A DNA stretch of 64,000 nucleotides from a bacterium (GCA_027482685.1 JAIXVU010000009.1:14866-78865); one strand, 5' to 3'. Shown: positions 9,121 through 19,786, counted from the stretch's first letter. Made by a program: numbers and translations. Notes: generated by a model not told the origin, from the letters alone.

Positions 9121-9130
9121 TCAAATATCT

Positions 9131-9430
9131 ATGACACAACTAACCCAAGAAGAAGTTCGGGACGAAGTACTCTCACTCTATGAAGAAAAAAAAGAGGCTT
9201 TGCAAAAGTTCTCTTCAGAAATAGAGAAGATTGAAAATGAAGGAATTGATTTTTTTGAAAAGAAAGTCATTGCTATAAAAAATAAATTAGCACAAGACGC
9301 AAGTATTACGGATGATGATCTTGAGTCTAGGTATTTGGAAGAAGTTGAGACAGCCAGAAAGGAAGCTCTACAGCAAGTCGAAGAAAATATTTATGCTCTT
9401 GTCCAAGGAGCGGAGCAAGGTAACACATAA
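9131..9430 (+). CDS. Hypothetical acidic coiled-coil protein
   Basis: 99-aa ORF rich in Glu and Lys. Confidence 0.35.
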   Translation: MTQLTQEEVRDEVLSLYEEKKEALQKFSSEIEKIENEGIDFFEKKVIAIKNKLAQDASITDDDLESRYLEEVETARKEALQQVEENIYALVQGAEQGNT

Positions 9431-9620
9431 AGTGTAAAGCGGAAGAGGGAGTTTATTTTTGTATTATCTCAGCTCTAATCCCGTCTACGATAGTACACCA
9501 AATGAAAAATCTCTTTACAAGGGATTTTTCATTTGGTGTGGTTATCAAGTAATAGCGTTAAAGTATTGTTAGGTGGGATAGTGTGTACAATCATCACACT
9601 ATTGCATCGGTGTATATTTT

Positions 9621-9842
9621 TTGGTACAACACGTATATATGATTCGTAAGTACCTCATAAAAAAAGTTTTGAGTATTCTGGGTACTGCCATTGTTCAAAA
9701 GGATACCAAGATACTCTCTGTCTACCTAAAGAGAGCTATTGCAGTACTAATACTCGGAGGTATTACTATTATTGCGCTAGTTGTTGTCGCTGCTGTTACT
9801 CTTGTACAGCTCGGCGCATCTCTCTTAACTCATGTGGTATAG
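9621..9842 (+). CDS. Small hydrophobic membrane protein
   Basis: 73-aa ORF with two TM segments. Confidence 0.3.
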   Translation: MVQHVYMIRKYLIKKVLSILGTAIVQKDTKILSVYLKRAIAVLILGGITIIALVVVAAVTLVQLGASLLTHVV

Positions 9843-9853
9843 ACCATCTATCT

Positions 9854-10519
9854 ATGGATTTTTTTCGAGATAAGAAAATAGTAATAGCGACGATGCATGG
9901 AAAAGAGAAGGTGATTGCACGGTTGTTTAAAGAAGCATTTACAGGAGAGGTATTTGTGCCGGACATGTTTGACACCGATGAATTTGGCACATTTACTCGT
10001 GATAAGAAAAGGCGAGGTAACCAAATCGAAGCAGCTCGTGCAAAAGCAAGCGCAGCGCTTCTGCTCACAGATGCGGATATTGCTATAGCAAGCGAAGGGT
10101 CATTTACTCCACATCCAGATATTCCGTTTCTTTCTATTGATAGAGAGCTTGTCCTGCTTATAGATAAAGAAAAGAGATTAGAGGTAGAGGGGTATGCTGT
10201 ATCTGTCGAAACTAACTTTGCTCAAATAAAGGTAACAACACTTGCAGATGCTGTAGCATTTGCGAAGCGTGTTGGCTTCCCAGAGCATGGGGTGATTGTG
10301 CGAAGATCAAGTAGCTCTCGTACAATTTACAAAGATATCGCTACATGGGATGCATTTGAAAGCGCTATAACAAGCATGCTCGGAGGGTGGCTATCGTATA
10401 TTCATCCACGAGCTGTTTTTCTAGAGACTGATATGAGGGCGCACAAGAACCCAACGCGTATGAAGGTTATAGAGAATGCAACTAAAAATCTTATTGATAA
10501 TCTTAAAAAACTATATTGA
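9854..10519 (+). CDS. Hypothetical protein with faint Ham1/RdgB-like N-terminal resemblance (IVIATMHGKEK)
   Basis: 221-aa ORF; the family assignment is not secure. Confidence 0.35.
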   Translation: MDFFRDKKIVIATMHGKEKVIARLFKEAFTGEVFVPDMFDTDEFGTFTRDKKRRGNQIEAARAKASAALLLTDADIAIASEGSFTPHPDIPFLSIDRELVLLIDKEKRLEVEGYAVSVETNFAQIKVTTLADAVAFAKRVGFPEHGVIVRRSSSSRTIYKDIATWDAFESAITSMLGGWLSYIHPRAVFLETDMRAHKNPTRMKVIENATKNLIDNLKKLY

Positions 10520-10609
10520 ACAAGGATTTGAATAGTTAGACTGGCCTAGTTTGAAATAATATAGTTATATTGCCTGTAATACTATCTGTAGAGTATACTT
10601 AGTATTATC

Positions 10610-11257
10610 ATGACAAAAGAACAAAAACTACTTCTCCTATTCGTCCTCATAATTGCTGGATCTGGAGCGGGGCTCTATATCTCAAAGCAGATGAAACAAA
10701 ATCCAACTGATGTATCAATCTCCGTTATTAATACAACAAGCACCACACAGGTACCTCAAGCAACCACAACCAAACTAGCGCCAAATACTGAAGTTCGTGG
10801 AACTGTTTCAGCAGCCCCAATCAAACCTGCGCCAAAACCAGCACCGAAACCTGCATCATCAGGAACTTCTAACGTTGCGCCAGTAAAAGATCCTACTCCT
10901 AAACCTGCGGTGACCCAACCTACACCAGAACCTGTGGTAACAAACCCGCAAGTAAAGATAAACACAATTACAGAAAAAACAACATATAGCGTCCCATCAG
11001 GCAAAATTGAAACCATTAATGTAACTCTGGTTGTTGATGATACAGGCATTATTACCGATGCATCATTTAGCTATGACCCACCAACAGATAGAGAGTCTGT
11101 ACAGTATCTCTCTGGATTTCAAAGATCATTTAATAAAAGTGTTCTTGTTGGACAAAAGTTATCTGGAGCGAAAATACCTCGCACTGGAGGGGCGTCACTT
11201 ACAACAAATGCCTTCAACAAATTTCTCGTGACGGCAAGCACTAAGATAAATGGTTAA
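10610..11257 (+). CDS. Membrane-anchored Pro/Thr-rich secreted protein
   Basis: An N-terminal TM helix is followed by APIKPAPKPAPKPASS low-complexity sequence. Confidence 0.45.
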   Translation: MTKEQKLLLLFVLIIAGSGAGLYISKQMKQNPTDVSISVINTTSTTQVPQATTTKLAPNTEVRGTVSAAPIKPAPKPAPKPASSGTSNVAPVKDPTPKPAVTQPTPEPVVTNPQVKINTITEKTTYSVPSGKIETINVTLVVDDTGIITDASFSYDPPTDRESVQYLSGFQRSFNKSVLVGQKLSGAKIPRTGGASLTTNAFNKFLVTASTKING

Positions 11258-11272
11258 TAGTTAGTTTTCGTA

Positions 11273-12172
11273 ATGGAAAAACAGAACTATATACTTCATA
11301 CCTATGAAGCACTGGGAACAGTATGGTATATAGAAGTCTTTGACCATATATCTGATAGTAAAAAAAATGAGCTACAAAAGATTGTTATAGATTATATACA
11401 AGAGTTTGAAGCAAAGTATTCACGCTTTAGAAAGGATTCACTTCTTACACTACTTAACACAAAGCGACATATTTCCTATGATACAGGAATGGCAGAAATG
11501 CTTAAGTATGGTGAGCATATCAGATCTCTAACAAACGGCGTGTTTAACCTTTTTATTCTAGACAAGATAACAGAGAAAGGGTATGGACAAAATCTCTTAG
11601 AAAATTTCTCACCAAGAGTAGATGATGACGCTACCCTGCAATCAAAAGCCATCATTAGAGATACGGAAATTATTTTACAAGGCAGTCTATCAATAGACTT
11701 AGGAGGAATAGGTAAAGGATATCTGATTGATAGAGTAAAAGAGTTGCTTGAATCACACGGAATAAAACAATTCCTCATAAATGGTGGAGGGGATATGTAT
11801 GCGACACATCATAATAACGCGCCCATCATGGTCTATATGCAACACCCGAAAAATCATGATGAGTATATAGGTACACTTATGCTCAAAAATCAATCATTCT
11901 GTTCATCGTCATCATATATGCGTACGTGGCATCGTGAGGGAAAGAGGATGAATCATTTTATCACACGCGATGGTAAAGAGATTTGGGCGGCAAGCTATGT
12001 TGTTGGGGATACCGGAGTGGTGGCAGATGTTGCGGCAACAGTACTTACTATTTGTGCATACAACGAAAAAAAAGTAGATGTGTATGCGAAAGCTCTTGAT
12101 GTCCACTTTCTTGTGGTTCAGGATACTAATGAATTATTTGGTGATCTCAGCTACGAACCAGTTCTACAATAA
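11273..12172 (+). CDS. ApbE-family FAD:protein FMN transferase
   Basis: SIDLGGIGKGYLIDR and INGGGDMYA match ApbE motifs. Confidence 0.6.
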   Translation: MEKQNYILHTYEALGTVWYIEVFDHISDSKKNELQKIVIDYIQEFEAKYSRFRKDSLLTLLNTKRHISYDTGMAEMLKYGEHIRSLTNGVFNLFILDKITEKGYGQNLLENFSPRVDDDATLQSKAIIRDTEIILQGSLSIDLGGIGKGYLIDRVKELLESHGIKQFLINGGGDMYATHHNNAPIMVYMQHPKNHDEYIGTLMLKNQSFCSSSSYMRTWHREGKRMNHFITRDGKEIWAASYVVGDTGVVADVAATVLTICAYNEKKVDVYAKALDVHFLVVQDTNELFGDLSYEPVLQ

Positions 12173-12851
12173 ACGTGAGAGTTATCGTAGTACCTCGTTC
12201 TACTATGAAAGGTTTAGGGAGGCCATCTGCATCAATAGAGTAACCGATAATAGGTTCTATACATATATACGTATCAGGATCATCACTCCAAATACCGAAA
12301 ATAGTTAAAGGAGAAGTAAGGGTATTGTTTTCTATAGAAGCGGAGACTTTAATTGTATGCTTGTTAGATATAAGCATTGCAGATTCTGAAGAAGGTGATG
12401 ATAGAGTGATAAGCTTATCTTTTGTGTACGAGGTGTTAGAAAGCGTACTATTCCCGACAGTGACGCCCCACCCTGAAGTAACTGAAAAGTAAGGATGAAA
12501 ACCTGGACGAAGCAACGAGCTTTCCTTAAGAGATTGTAGTTTTGTAGTGGTTATTAGTTTTGCCCCAGTCTCTGTTAGCTCCTCCTCCCAAGTGGTCTCA
12601 GTTGTTATTGATCCCCAGCTTGGAGACTTTTCACCTTCAAGTATCTTATGATGTGGAAGTGTCTGATCACACGAAGTGATGCGATACTCACCATGTTTAA
12701 CTTCAAAAATCTCAGGAAGAGACTCAAAGTTCGGCAAGCAAAGGAAAGCCCCGCCACGATTTTGGCCATTACTATTTGTGTGTATCTCTGGTATGACCGC
12801 CTCCTCATCAACCTTCCACACGGTAAGAGTTCCAGTGTTTGTAAATTGCAT
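12147..12851 (-). CDS. Aldose-1-epimerase / hexose-6-phosphate mutarotase-like protein
   Basis: RGGAFLCLPNF and the HPYF motif resemble the YeaD/galactose-mutarotase family. It overlaps the 3' end of the ApbE gene convergently. Confidence 0.4.
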   Translation of the reverse strand: MQFTNTGTLTVWKVDEEAVIPEIHTNSNGQNRGGAFLCLPNFESLPEIFEVKHGEYRITSCDQTLPHHKILEGEKSPSWGSITTETTWEEELTETGAKLITTTKLQSLKESSLLRPGFHPYFSVTSGWGVTVGNSTLSNTSYTKDKLITLSSPSSESAMLISNKHTIKVSASIENNTLTSPLTIFGIWSDDPDTYICIEPIIGYSIDADGLPKPFIVERGTTITLTFIVELVRS

Positions 12852-12925
12852 ATGGTAAGTGTACCAGGTAAGATATAATACGTGTAGAATAATGAATTAA
12901 ATAAACGTCTGCTATACTTAAAATA

Positions 12926-13570
12926 TTGTATATGGAGCAAAGTAAAATCATCACTAAGAAAAAATATACACAACTTCTCATAGAAGCAATTATTCTCTTT
13001 TGTATTAGTGTGTATGTTACGCACCTTGCAAGCAGGTTCGCTGAGCTAAAGGCCAGTAATCCAGTAGATGACATAATTCTAAGTAACATCCCAGTGTATA
13101 ATTTTGAATTTTTGTTTGTACAAATGGCTATCGCACTATGTCTCTTTGTTGTGGTATTGTGCATTAAGTTTCCAAAAACTGCACCGTTTGTTCTTAAGAG
13201 TGTTGCATTGTTTATCTTTATTCGGGCTATATTTGTTTCTCTTACTCACATCGGGCCGTTTCCAACGAAACTCGAGCTTGAGTCTAATCTTCTGGATTTT
13301 ATTACGTCAGGAAATGATCTCTTTTTTTCCGGACATACAGGGCTACCTTTTCTTATTGCGCTTATCTATTGGGGGCATCCGTATGTGAGACGTCTTTTTT
13401 TAATGGCGTCTGTTGTATTTGGAGTCATTGTTCTTTTATCACATCTGCACTACTCTATTGATGTGTTTGCAGCATTTTTTATAACCTACAGTATTTACCA
13501 TATCGCGCTTAAGCTTTTCAAGGCAGACTATGTTTATTTTTCTTTAGAACAAAACAAAACGTTGCGGTGA
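12926..13570 (+). CDS. Polytopic membrane protein, possibly PAP2 superfamily
   Basis: FFSGHTGLPF and SHLHYSIDV loosely match the PAP2 PSGH / SRxxxxxHxxxD motifs. Confidence 0.35.
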   Translation: MYMEQSKIITKKKYTQLLIEAIILFCISVYVTHLASRFAELKASNPVDDIILSNIPVYNFEFLFVQMAIALCLFVVVLCIKFPKTAPFVLKSVALFIFIRAIFVSLTHIGPFPTKLELESNLLDFITSGNDLFFSGHTGLPFLIALIYWGHPYVRRLFLMASVVFGVIVLLSHLHYSIDVFAAFFITYSIYHIALKLFKADYVYFSLEQNKTLR

Positions 13571-13600
13571 CCAGACATGTGCACATGATATACTTTTGAA

Positions 13601-14008
13601 ATGAAAGACGCTGTTCCAGAGATTCATATCCATGTAGATGATCAACCACGCCTTGTACAAGAGGGGGTTTTTGTTTTTGATAATGAGGTATGGAGTACAC
13701 AGAAACGTATCGCACGCATCTACGGCAGAAGCATCCCAACAGTTAATGATCATTTAAAAAAAATATATAGCGAAAAAGAATTACTTCGTGCAGCTAGTGA
13801 GCGTATTGTGTCGGTTACACAAAAAGAAGGTAAGAAGAAAGTGGCTCGTAAGGTGCATGTGTATAACACCGATGTACTAATTGCTATTGGTTTCCGCGTT
13901 AAGGGTGAGTGGGGGAAAGAGTTTCGTATCTGGGCACGTGAGATGGTCCGGGAAAGCTACAACCCAGAAGAGCAGGTATCGCATCTTGTAAATAAAAGTA
14001 AGAGCTAG
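13601..14008 (+). CDS. RhuM-family (virulence protein RhuM-like) protein
   Basis: VHVYNTDVLIAIGFRVKGEWGKEFRIWAREMV matches the RhuM signature YNLDxIISVGYRVxS..A..FR.WAT. Confidence 0.55.
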   Translation: MKDAVPEIHIHVDDQPRLVQEGVFVFDNEVWSTQKRIARIYGRSIPTVNDHLKKIYSEKELLRAASERIVSVTQKEGKKKVARKVHVYNTDVLIAIGFRVKGEWGKEFRIWAREMVRESYNPEEQVSHLVNKSKS

Positions 14009-15606
14009 ACTCTTCGTATATGTGCTTTTAGGAAGGCAGAAGAGAGCTCTGTTTTCTTTGAGGGGTTAAAGATAGAAAGAGGATCCCAGATATTTTTTAC
14101 TTTTTTGAAAATATCTATAGTTGCTTCGTTGTAAAAGAGGGGGAGATATGGGGTATTAGCATACCCATCGCCACCTAACCCGCCTGTGGTTGCTTTATGT
14201 TTTTTTGCAAGTTTATAGATATCGTTGATGTAACGAAATATATCAGTTTCATAAGTTTCACTTTTAGGGTCAGCTAAAATAGTCACTGATAGATGTGAAC
14301 TCCCCGCATGCCCACAAATAACGTAGAGCTTGTTAATAGAAAAAAGATAACGCTCTACTTCTTTGATAAGTGTTGCATAATTATCTTTTGATGTCAGAAG
14401 TCCGTGTATAAGAGGCAGAGCAAGCTCTCGCCCTTGCACATATTCGTGTAAAATATGGGATGCAAATCCAGGAGCTGTGAATAACTTCTGTGCGGGTTCT
14501 TGTAGGTGTACTATATTTGACTCTTCTAATCCAAGTTCATGTTTTAGTTTTTTGATATGATCATACATTTTCTTGTCTACTTCAGTTGATGTCATGCCGC
14601 AAGTAGTAGCCAGTATTGTATATAAGGGTGTCGTGACGGTATTAGTATTCTGATAAACGATATTTGGATAGGATTTTTTTGCATACATTGCAAAGTGTTC
14701 ATCGTATATAAATAATGAGTCGACACCAGAAGATTCTAGCGTTGAGAGAGTCTTGTGTATATGTTCCTGAGGAACAATAAAGGCATATGTAAGAGATGAT
14801 TTTTTATACGTGCGTACTCGAAGCGTGAGTGAGGTGATGATGGCAAGAGTCCCATCACTTCCCGTAAGTTGGTCTAAGAGTTGTCGTGGTCCAATTGATG
14901 TTCCCCATATATTATAACCACTCGCGTCATCTTTATTTTGTGGTTTTGCAGCTCGTAACATAGGCTCTTCTCTTGTAAGAAGTGGAAAAAGCTCCTGATA
15001 AATGGCAAGCAATCTACCACTTGGGGTAATGCCATCTGTTATGTGATGCTCTTCACCGTTATCTAGGACAACTGTTACCCCTTCTAACCATTCACGGATT
15101 GTTCCATGATGAAATGATGATGGGGTTGTGCTCTTCGTTGCAAGTAGTCCAGCTATCGTACCTTGCTCATCATTTGAAGAAAGGATAGGGATCTCCATAT
15201 TCCACCCACGTAGTTTAGTAACTAGTGTTGCAATTGAAACACCCGCATCAACGGTTATTGTATTGTTGATCATATTTGCTCGTCGTATTTGGTTAAAGTG
15301 TCTCGACATATCAAGAATTATTCCTTCTGTTAGCGCCCCGCCTTGCTCCCCACTTTTTCCACCTGCAACACTTATAGGCATGCCGTACTCGCGGGCAAAA
15401 ATTATCACCTGTTTAATATCCGTGCTTGTTTTTGGGTAAATAACTGCTTGTGGACGGACTGAATATATACCATTGTCATGACTGTACTCACTTAGTGTTC
15501 TAAGCGAACAATCAATATCACCTGCAATACTGCTTGCAAGATCAGAGAAAAAGGGGGGAACGCTCGCGAAGAATTTAGAGACCGCTTTCATAGATGCTTT
15601 TCCCAT
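14005..15606 (-). CDS. FAD-linked oxidase (GlcD/D-lactate dehydrogenase-like)
   Basis: The 533-aa ORF has an FAD-binding PCMH-type N-terminal domain (ISVAGGKSGEQGGA) and a C-terminal oxidase domain. Confidence 0.55.
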   Translation of the reverse strand: MGKASMKAVSKFFASVPPFFSDLASSIAGDIDCSLRTLSEYSHDNGIYSVRPQAVIYPKTSTDIKQVIIFAREYGMPISVAGGKSGEQGGALTEGIILDMSRHFNQIRRANMINNTITVDAGVSIATLVTKLRGWNMEIPILSSNDEQGTIAGLLATKSTTPSSFHHGTIREWLEGVTVVLDNGEEHHITDGITPSGRLLAIYQELFPLLTREEPMLRAAKPQNKDDASGYNIWGTSIGPRQLLDQLTGSDGTLAIITSLTLRVRTYKKSSLTYAFIVPQEHIHKTLSTLESSGVDSLFIYDEHFAMYAKKSYPNIVYQNTNTVTTPLYTILATTCGMTSTEVDKKMYDHIKKLKHELGLEESNIVHLQEPAQKLFTAPGFASHILHEYVQGRELALPLIHGLLTSKDNYATLIKEVERYLFSINKLYVICGHAGSSHLSVTILADPKSETYETDIFRYINDIYKLAKKHKATTGGLGGDGYANTPYLPLFYNEATIDIFKKVKNIWDPLSIFNPSKKTELSSAFLKAHIRRV

Positions 15607-15898
15607 TTAAATAAATAAGAAAAAGTACCAAGAAAAGACAAATAAGGAAAGCGAGCGAAAGTAAAAATGTTCTAAAGAAAGAGTAAATATTCGTTTCTTT
15701 TACTTCTATGACTTCAATGTGAGAAGTCTCGGTTTTATTGTCAGGGATCTTAGTGAACTCTTCATTCATATAGTTCTTAGTATATCGTACTTCATGTCGT
15801 AATCTTATGCACATCTGTCCACATGAAAAGAATAGAGAATGGATATATACTGCATTATATAACTCACTTATTTAATAATTTATTATAAATGCCAATAT

Positions 15899-17956
15899 AT
15901 GAAATTTTTTGCTAATGCTTCTTCACTCGTGTACCGATACGTTACTGTTTTTATTGTTGTAGCTTCTCCGCTTTTCTTTATACCGAAAACAACATTTGCA
16001 CCCGAGGTTACGTATCATGTGACAATGGTTGTTGCAACGGCAATAGCACTCCTTGCGTATGTACTTTCTGCGCTCCTTAATCGCTCATGGCAGAGTATCT
16101 CTAAGCTAGAGTTTATTGCGTATACGCTTTTTAGTGCGGCAGTTATTCTCTCTGTGCTATTTGCAAAAGACCCGAAAACTGCATTTTTTGGTGAAGCACT
16201 TAATCCATTATCTGGAGCGGGACTCCTCACACTTCCTGTAATTGTGTATCTTGTGCGTGCATTACCACAAAACTACAGACGTAAATTGAAATATACTCTT
16301 GCAGCTGTTCTTGGATTCTCTGTTCTCATCTATTCAGTTGCTCTTATGCTCAAAGGTTCATTTGCAAATGCGGTAGGGCAGGTATTTAGCAACTTCTCAG
16401 CTCCAACATCATTTGCTGTATACATTGGTATTTTTGTCATCGCTCTCTTTTTCTTTGCAAAAAAAGCAAAACTTCCTCTTAAGCAGAGAATAATCGTACT
16501 TGTTGCGGGAGTAGTCTTTGCTTCATGGGCGGTTACACTTGCTACACAGCAGATTAGTCGTCCAATGTTTATCGACTCTCTTAGTGTTGGAAAAAGTGTT
16601 CTTATGAACAATGGTCCATTTGGAATCGGTGCCGGAGATTATACTCGTGCATGGCAACTTTATAGACCATCTAGTGTAATGCTATCCCCGAATTTTAATA
16701 TTGATTTCAGTCAAGGGTATAGTACTGTAACTACACTCTTTGCAACAATCGGTATTGTTGGACTACTAGCATTTTTGTTACTTACACTAAACGCACTCTA
16801 TAGTACGTACAGAAGTTACCGCGAGCTTCGTGAGCCACATGAGCATATGCTTGCTGGATTCTTGGCGATTATTCTACTCTACCTTGCTGTAGTAGCATGG
16901 GTGCTTCCTCTTAGTTACGGTATGCTTGTTCTTTGGATGGTTGTTTGTGGACTTGGTCTTGCAAAGGCAACGCTTGGAGAGTTCCATCCGAGTAAGAAGA
17001 TTGTTTATATCATGCTTCCACTTGCGCTACTTCTTCTTGTGAATGCATATGTCATCATACAGAAAACTAGAGCTATTGTTGTCTTCTCTAAAGCTCAGGA
17101 AGCATATGCGCTTTCAGGCCCGACAGCCCAAGTTGGTGCGTATATTGATGGCGCTAATAGTCTGTATGAGTATGATGCTTTTTATCGTGGTAAGGTTGAG
17201 TACATTATTGCAGAATTACGTAATCTCGTATCCCAGCCAACAAACGATCAAGAGGCTCTTAAGACTCAGTACCTTAATCGCTCTAAGGTTGCCGTTGATT
17301 CTGGTCTTAAAGCTGTAACACTTAATAGTTATAACTATCAAAACTATGTTTCTCTCGGACGAGCATACGAACTCGCTGTGCCGTTTGATAGAGAAAATGC
17401 TTTTGCGTATGCTAAGAAATCATACGAAGAAGCAATCAAACTTTATCCAGAGAATCCGTACCTCTATATCATCCTTGCTCGATTGGAAGCACAAGCAGGG
17501 ACTAAAGAAGGGGTGCGTACACAACTAACAGAAGCTCTTAATAAAAAAGAAAACTTTGCAGACGCTCTTTATCTCATGAGTCAGCTTGAAGCATCAGAAA
17601 GTAAAATTGATGAAGCTTTAAACTACGCTATTGAAGCAGTTAAAAATGCTCCTAATGATCCTCTTACCTATATTCAGGCAGGACTTCTTTACTACGGTAA
17701 GAAGGACTACCCAAATGCTGTTACTTTGCTTACTGCCGCCCTTCAGCGTGATCAAAACAATGCAACCGTAGCGTACTTCCTAGCACTTGCTCTTCGTGAT
17801 GGTGGTCGACCTGATCTTGCAAAGCCAATTGGTGATGAGCTACTTCGCCGTAACCCAGGGAACCCAGATCTTGAGGCATTTCTCAAATCTGTTACCCCTG
17901 CTCCTCCTGTTGCAACAACAACTCCAAAGACCACCAAAACCCCGCCTAAAAGATAA
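15899..17956 (+). CDS. Polytopic membrane protein with C-terminal TPR repeats (O-antigen-ligase-like + TPR)
   Basis: About 12 TM helices are followed by ~250 aa of TPR-like repeats and a Pro/Thr tail. Confidence 0.5.
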   Translation: MKFFANASSLVYRYVTVFIVVASPLFFIPKTTFAPEVTYHVTMVVATAIALLAYVLSALLNRSWQSISKLEFIAYTLFSAAVILSVLFAKDPKTAFFGEALNPLSGAGLLTLPVIVYLVRALPQNYRRKLKYTLAAVLGFSVLIYSVALMLKGSFANAVGQVFSNFSAPTSFAVYIGIFVIALFFFAKKAKLPLKQRIIVLVAGVVFASWAVTLATQQISRPMFIDSLSVGKSVLMNNGPFGIGAGDYTRAWQLYRPSSVMLSPNFNIDFSQGYSTVTTLFATIGIVGLLAFLLLTLNALYSTYRSYRELREPHEHMLAGFLAIILLYLAVVAWVLPLSYGMLVLWMVVCGLGLAKATLGEFHPSKKIVYIMLPLALLLLVNAYVIIQKTRAIVVFSKAQEAYALSGPTAQVGAYIDGANSLYEYDAFYRGKVEYIIAELRNLVSQPTNDQEALKTQYLNRSKVAVDSGLKAVTLNSYNYQNYVSLGRAYELAVPFDRENAFAYAKKSYEEAIKLYPENPYLYIILARLEAQAGTKEGVRTQLTEALNKKENFADALYLMSQLEASESKIDEALNYAIEAVKNAPNDPLTYIQAGLLYYGKKDYPNAVTLLTAALQRDQNNATVAYFLALALRDGGRPDLAKPIGDELLRRNPGNPDLEAFLKSVTPAPPVATTTPKTTKTPPKR

Positions 17957-17958
17957 TA

Positions 17959-18765
17959 ATGACGATCAATGAAATAGAATCAATTGTACAGTCTCTCTAT
18001 AAACGACATGAGAACCTAACTGAGGCGATGTTACTACTTCTGCTTGAGGCAGGAGGGTGGGAGAAAAAAACAATTAAAGAAGCTATTGCGGTATATCGTA
18101 ATCTTTATAGAAAAGAACACGAAGTAGATCAGATTGCTAAGCATTCACTTCCACCACTAATTGAAGAACCAGTTCTTCCGCTTGAAGTTGATTCACAGCA
18201 TTTGCTTGATGAAAGAACTATACACAGAATTGCGCACGAGGAACCTCACAATGAAGATCTCCTTGAGCGAGTTGATGGTGGATATCACATGAAGCAGGAG
18301 ATGCAGGCATCAAATAGTCAAATTTCTTCCATCGTACCTTCATCTTCTGAGCAACAGTCTCTCATCACACATCAAGCACCAGAACGTTCGGAACGTGACG
18401 AACTTCCACATAATCTACCACTCAAACCTTTTGAGACGACCCCGCATATCTGGTCATTTGCACGTTACAAAAGTATTTTCTTCGGAGAAGATACAGGTAG
18501 TACGTCAGAAAATAAAACACAACCTCCTCAAACTGATGCATCACAACCACGTACAGAACCCGTAGTCCACCAGAAGGAAATACATAGACAGCAAACATCT
18601 ATACGCGAAGTTTCGAGTGCTTTATCTAATCCAGATATCCACACCATCTATATAGAAAAGACCCCGCTTAGTAAGGATGATGAGAAATTAGCTCTTCTTA
18701 CAAGCTTTATGCTTCTTGCTATTTTGTTGTTACTGGGGTATATGTATAGTAATGGCAGATTATAA
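17959..18765 (+). CDS. Hypothetical protein with a C-terminal TM anchor
   Basis: 268-aa ORF that overlaps the previous stop by 1 nt. Confidence 0.4.
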   Translation: MTINEIESIVQSLYKRHENLTEAMLLLLLEAGGWEKKTIKEAIAVYRNLYRKEHEVDQIAKHSLPPLIEEPVLPLEVDSQHLLDERTIHRIAHEEPHNEDLLERVDGGYHMKQEMQASNSQISSIVPSSSEQQSLITHQAPERSERDELPHNLPLKPFETTPHIWSFARYKSIFFGEDTGSTSENKTQPPQTDASQPRTEPVVHQKEIHRQQTSIREVSSALSNPDIHTIYIEKTPLSKDDEKLALLTSFMLLAILLLLGYMYSNGRL

Positions 18766-18794
18766 GCATTACGTAGATAAATAAAACACATCAT

Positions 18795-19598
18795 ATGGAA
18801 ACATCAAATTCTAAAAAATATATCTGGAGCGCAGGTACTGTAGCTCTTATCGCTATTTCGTTTGCAGCAGTTGCTTCAGGTTTTGCAGATATGAAGTCTG
18901 CAAAGCATCCAGGAGGAACGGTCGCATCTATCACCGTATCAGGGGAGGGTGAAGTAACAGCTATACCTGATATTGCAACAGTAACATTTACTGTACGCGA
19001 ATCTGCAAAGACGGTCCCAGAAGCTCAAAAATTAACAGAAGCAAAAATCACCAAAGGTATAGAAGGACTTGCTTCGCTTAATGTTGATAAAAAGGATACT
19101 AAGACTCTTTCATATACAGTTAACCCAAAGTATGAGAATCAAGCAGATACCCCTCCATGTTTAAGAGCGCCTTGCCCAGTATCATATCCAATCTATAAAC
19201 AAGTTATTACTGGATATGAGGTTGCGCAAACTGTTCAAGTAAAAGTGAGAAAGGTTGATCAGGCAGGTGAGGTATTCGGATTACTTGGAAAAGCAAACAT
19301 AACCGAAATCACAGGACCTGACTTTACTGTAGATGATATAGAAAAAAATCAAGCTGATGCAAAGGAGAAAGCTATAACTGATGCAAAAGAAAAAGCTCGC
19401 GCGACAGCAAAAGCTCTTGGCGTGTCACTCGGATCTATTACGGCATTTAGTGAAGATAATGGGGGGTACTATCCTCAGCCAATGTATATGATGAAGGCAG
19501 AAGCATCTGCTGCAGGCGTATCACGAGATGCGGTAACGCTTCCACAAGGCGAAAGTGTTATAAAGTCTCGTGTAACAATTACCTATACACTTGATTAA
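18795..19598 (+). CDS. SIMPL-domain (DUF541) periplasmic protein
   Basis: A signal peptide is present, and the C-terminus VTLPQGESVIKSRVTITYTLD is typical of SIMPL. Confidence 0.6.
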   Translation: METSNSKKYIWSAGTVALIAISFAAVASGFADMKSAKHPGGTVASITVSGEGEVTAIPDIATVTFTVRESAKTVPEAQKLTEAKITKGIEGLASLNVDKKDTKTLSYTVNPKYENQADTPPCLRAPCPVSYPIYKQVITGYEVAQTVQVKVRKVDQAGEVFGLLGKANITEITGPDFTVDDIEKNQADAKEKAITDAKEKARATAKALGVSLGSITAFSEDNGGYYPQPMYMMKAEASAAGVSRDAVTLPQGESVIKSRVTITYTLD

Positions 19599-19630
19599 TT
19601 AATAGAGTACGTTGTTTTATAGATTAACGA

Positions 19631-19664
19631 CAGAATCTCGGCAAACCTGCCGAGATTCTGTTTA
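19631..19664 (+). terminator. Rho-independent terminator
   Basis: ACAGAATCTCGGCAAACCTGCCGAGATTCTGTTTAT. Confidence 0.55.
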
Positions 19665-19786
19665 TATTGTTGACTTTTTAGGATAAATCATATATCATTA
19701 TATCTATCAAATGCCCTCGGGGGCGTTTTTTAGAATAAAGGTTATACGTTATCCTGTGCTTATATATTCGCTATACTTACTATATT

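Noticed and set aside
12605-13164. Minus-strand ORFs of 139 aa and 118 aa
   Set aside because: They are antisense to the aldose-epimerase-like and PAP2-like genes and are low-complexity, hydrophobic artefacts of AT-rich sequence.
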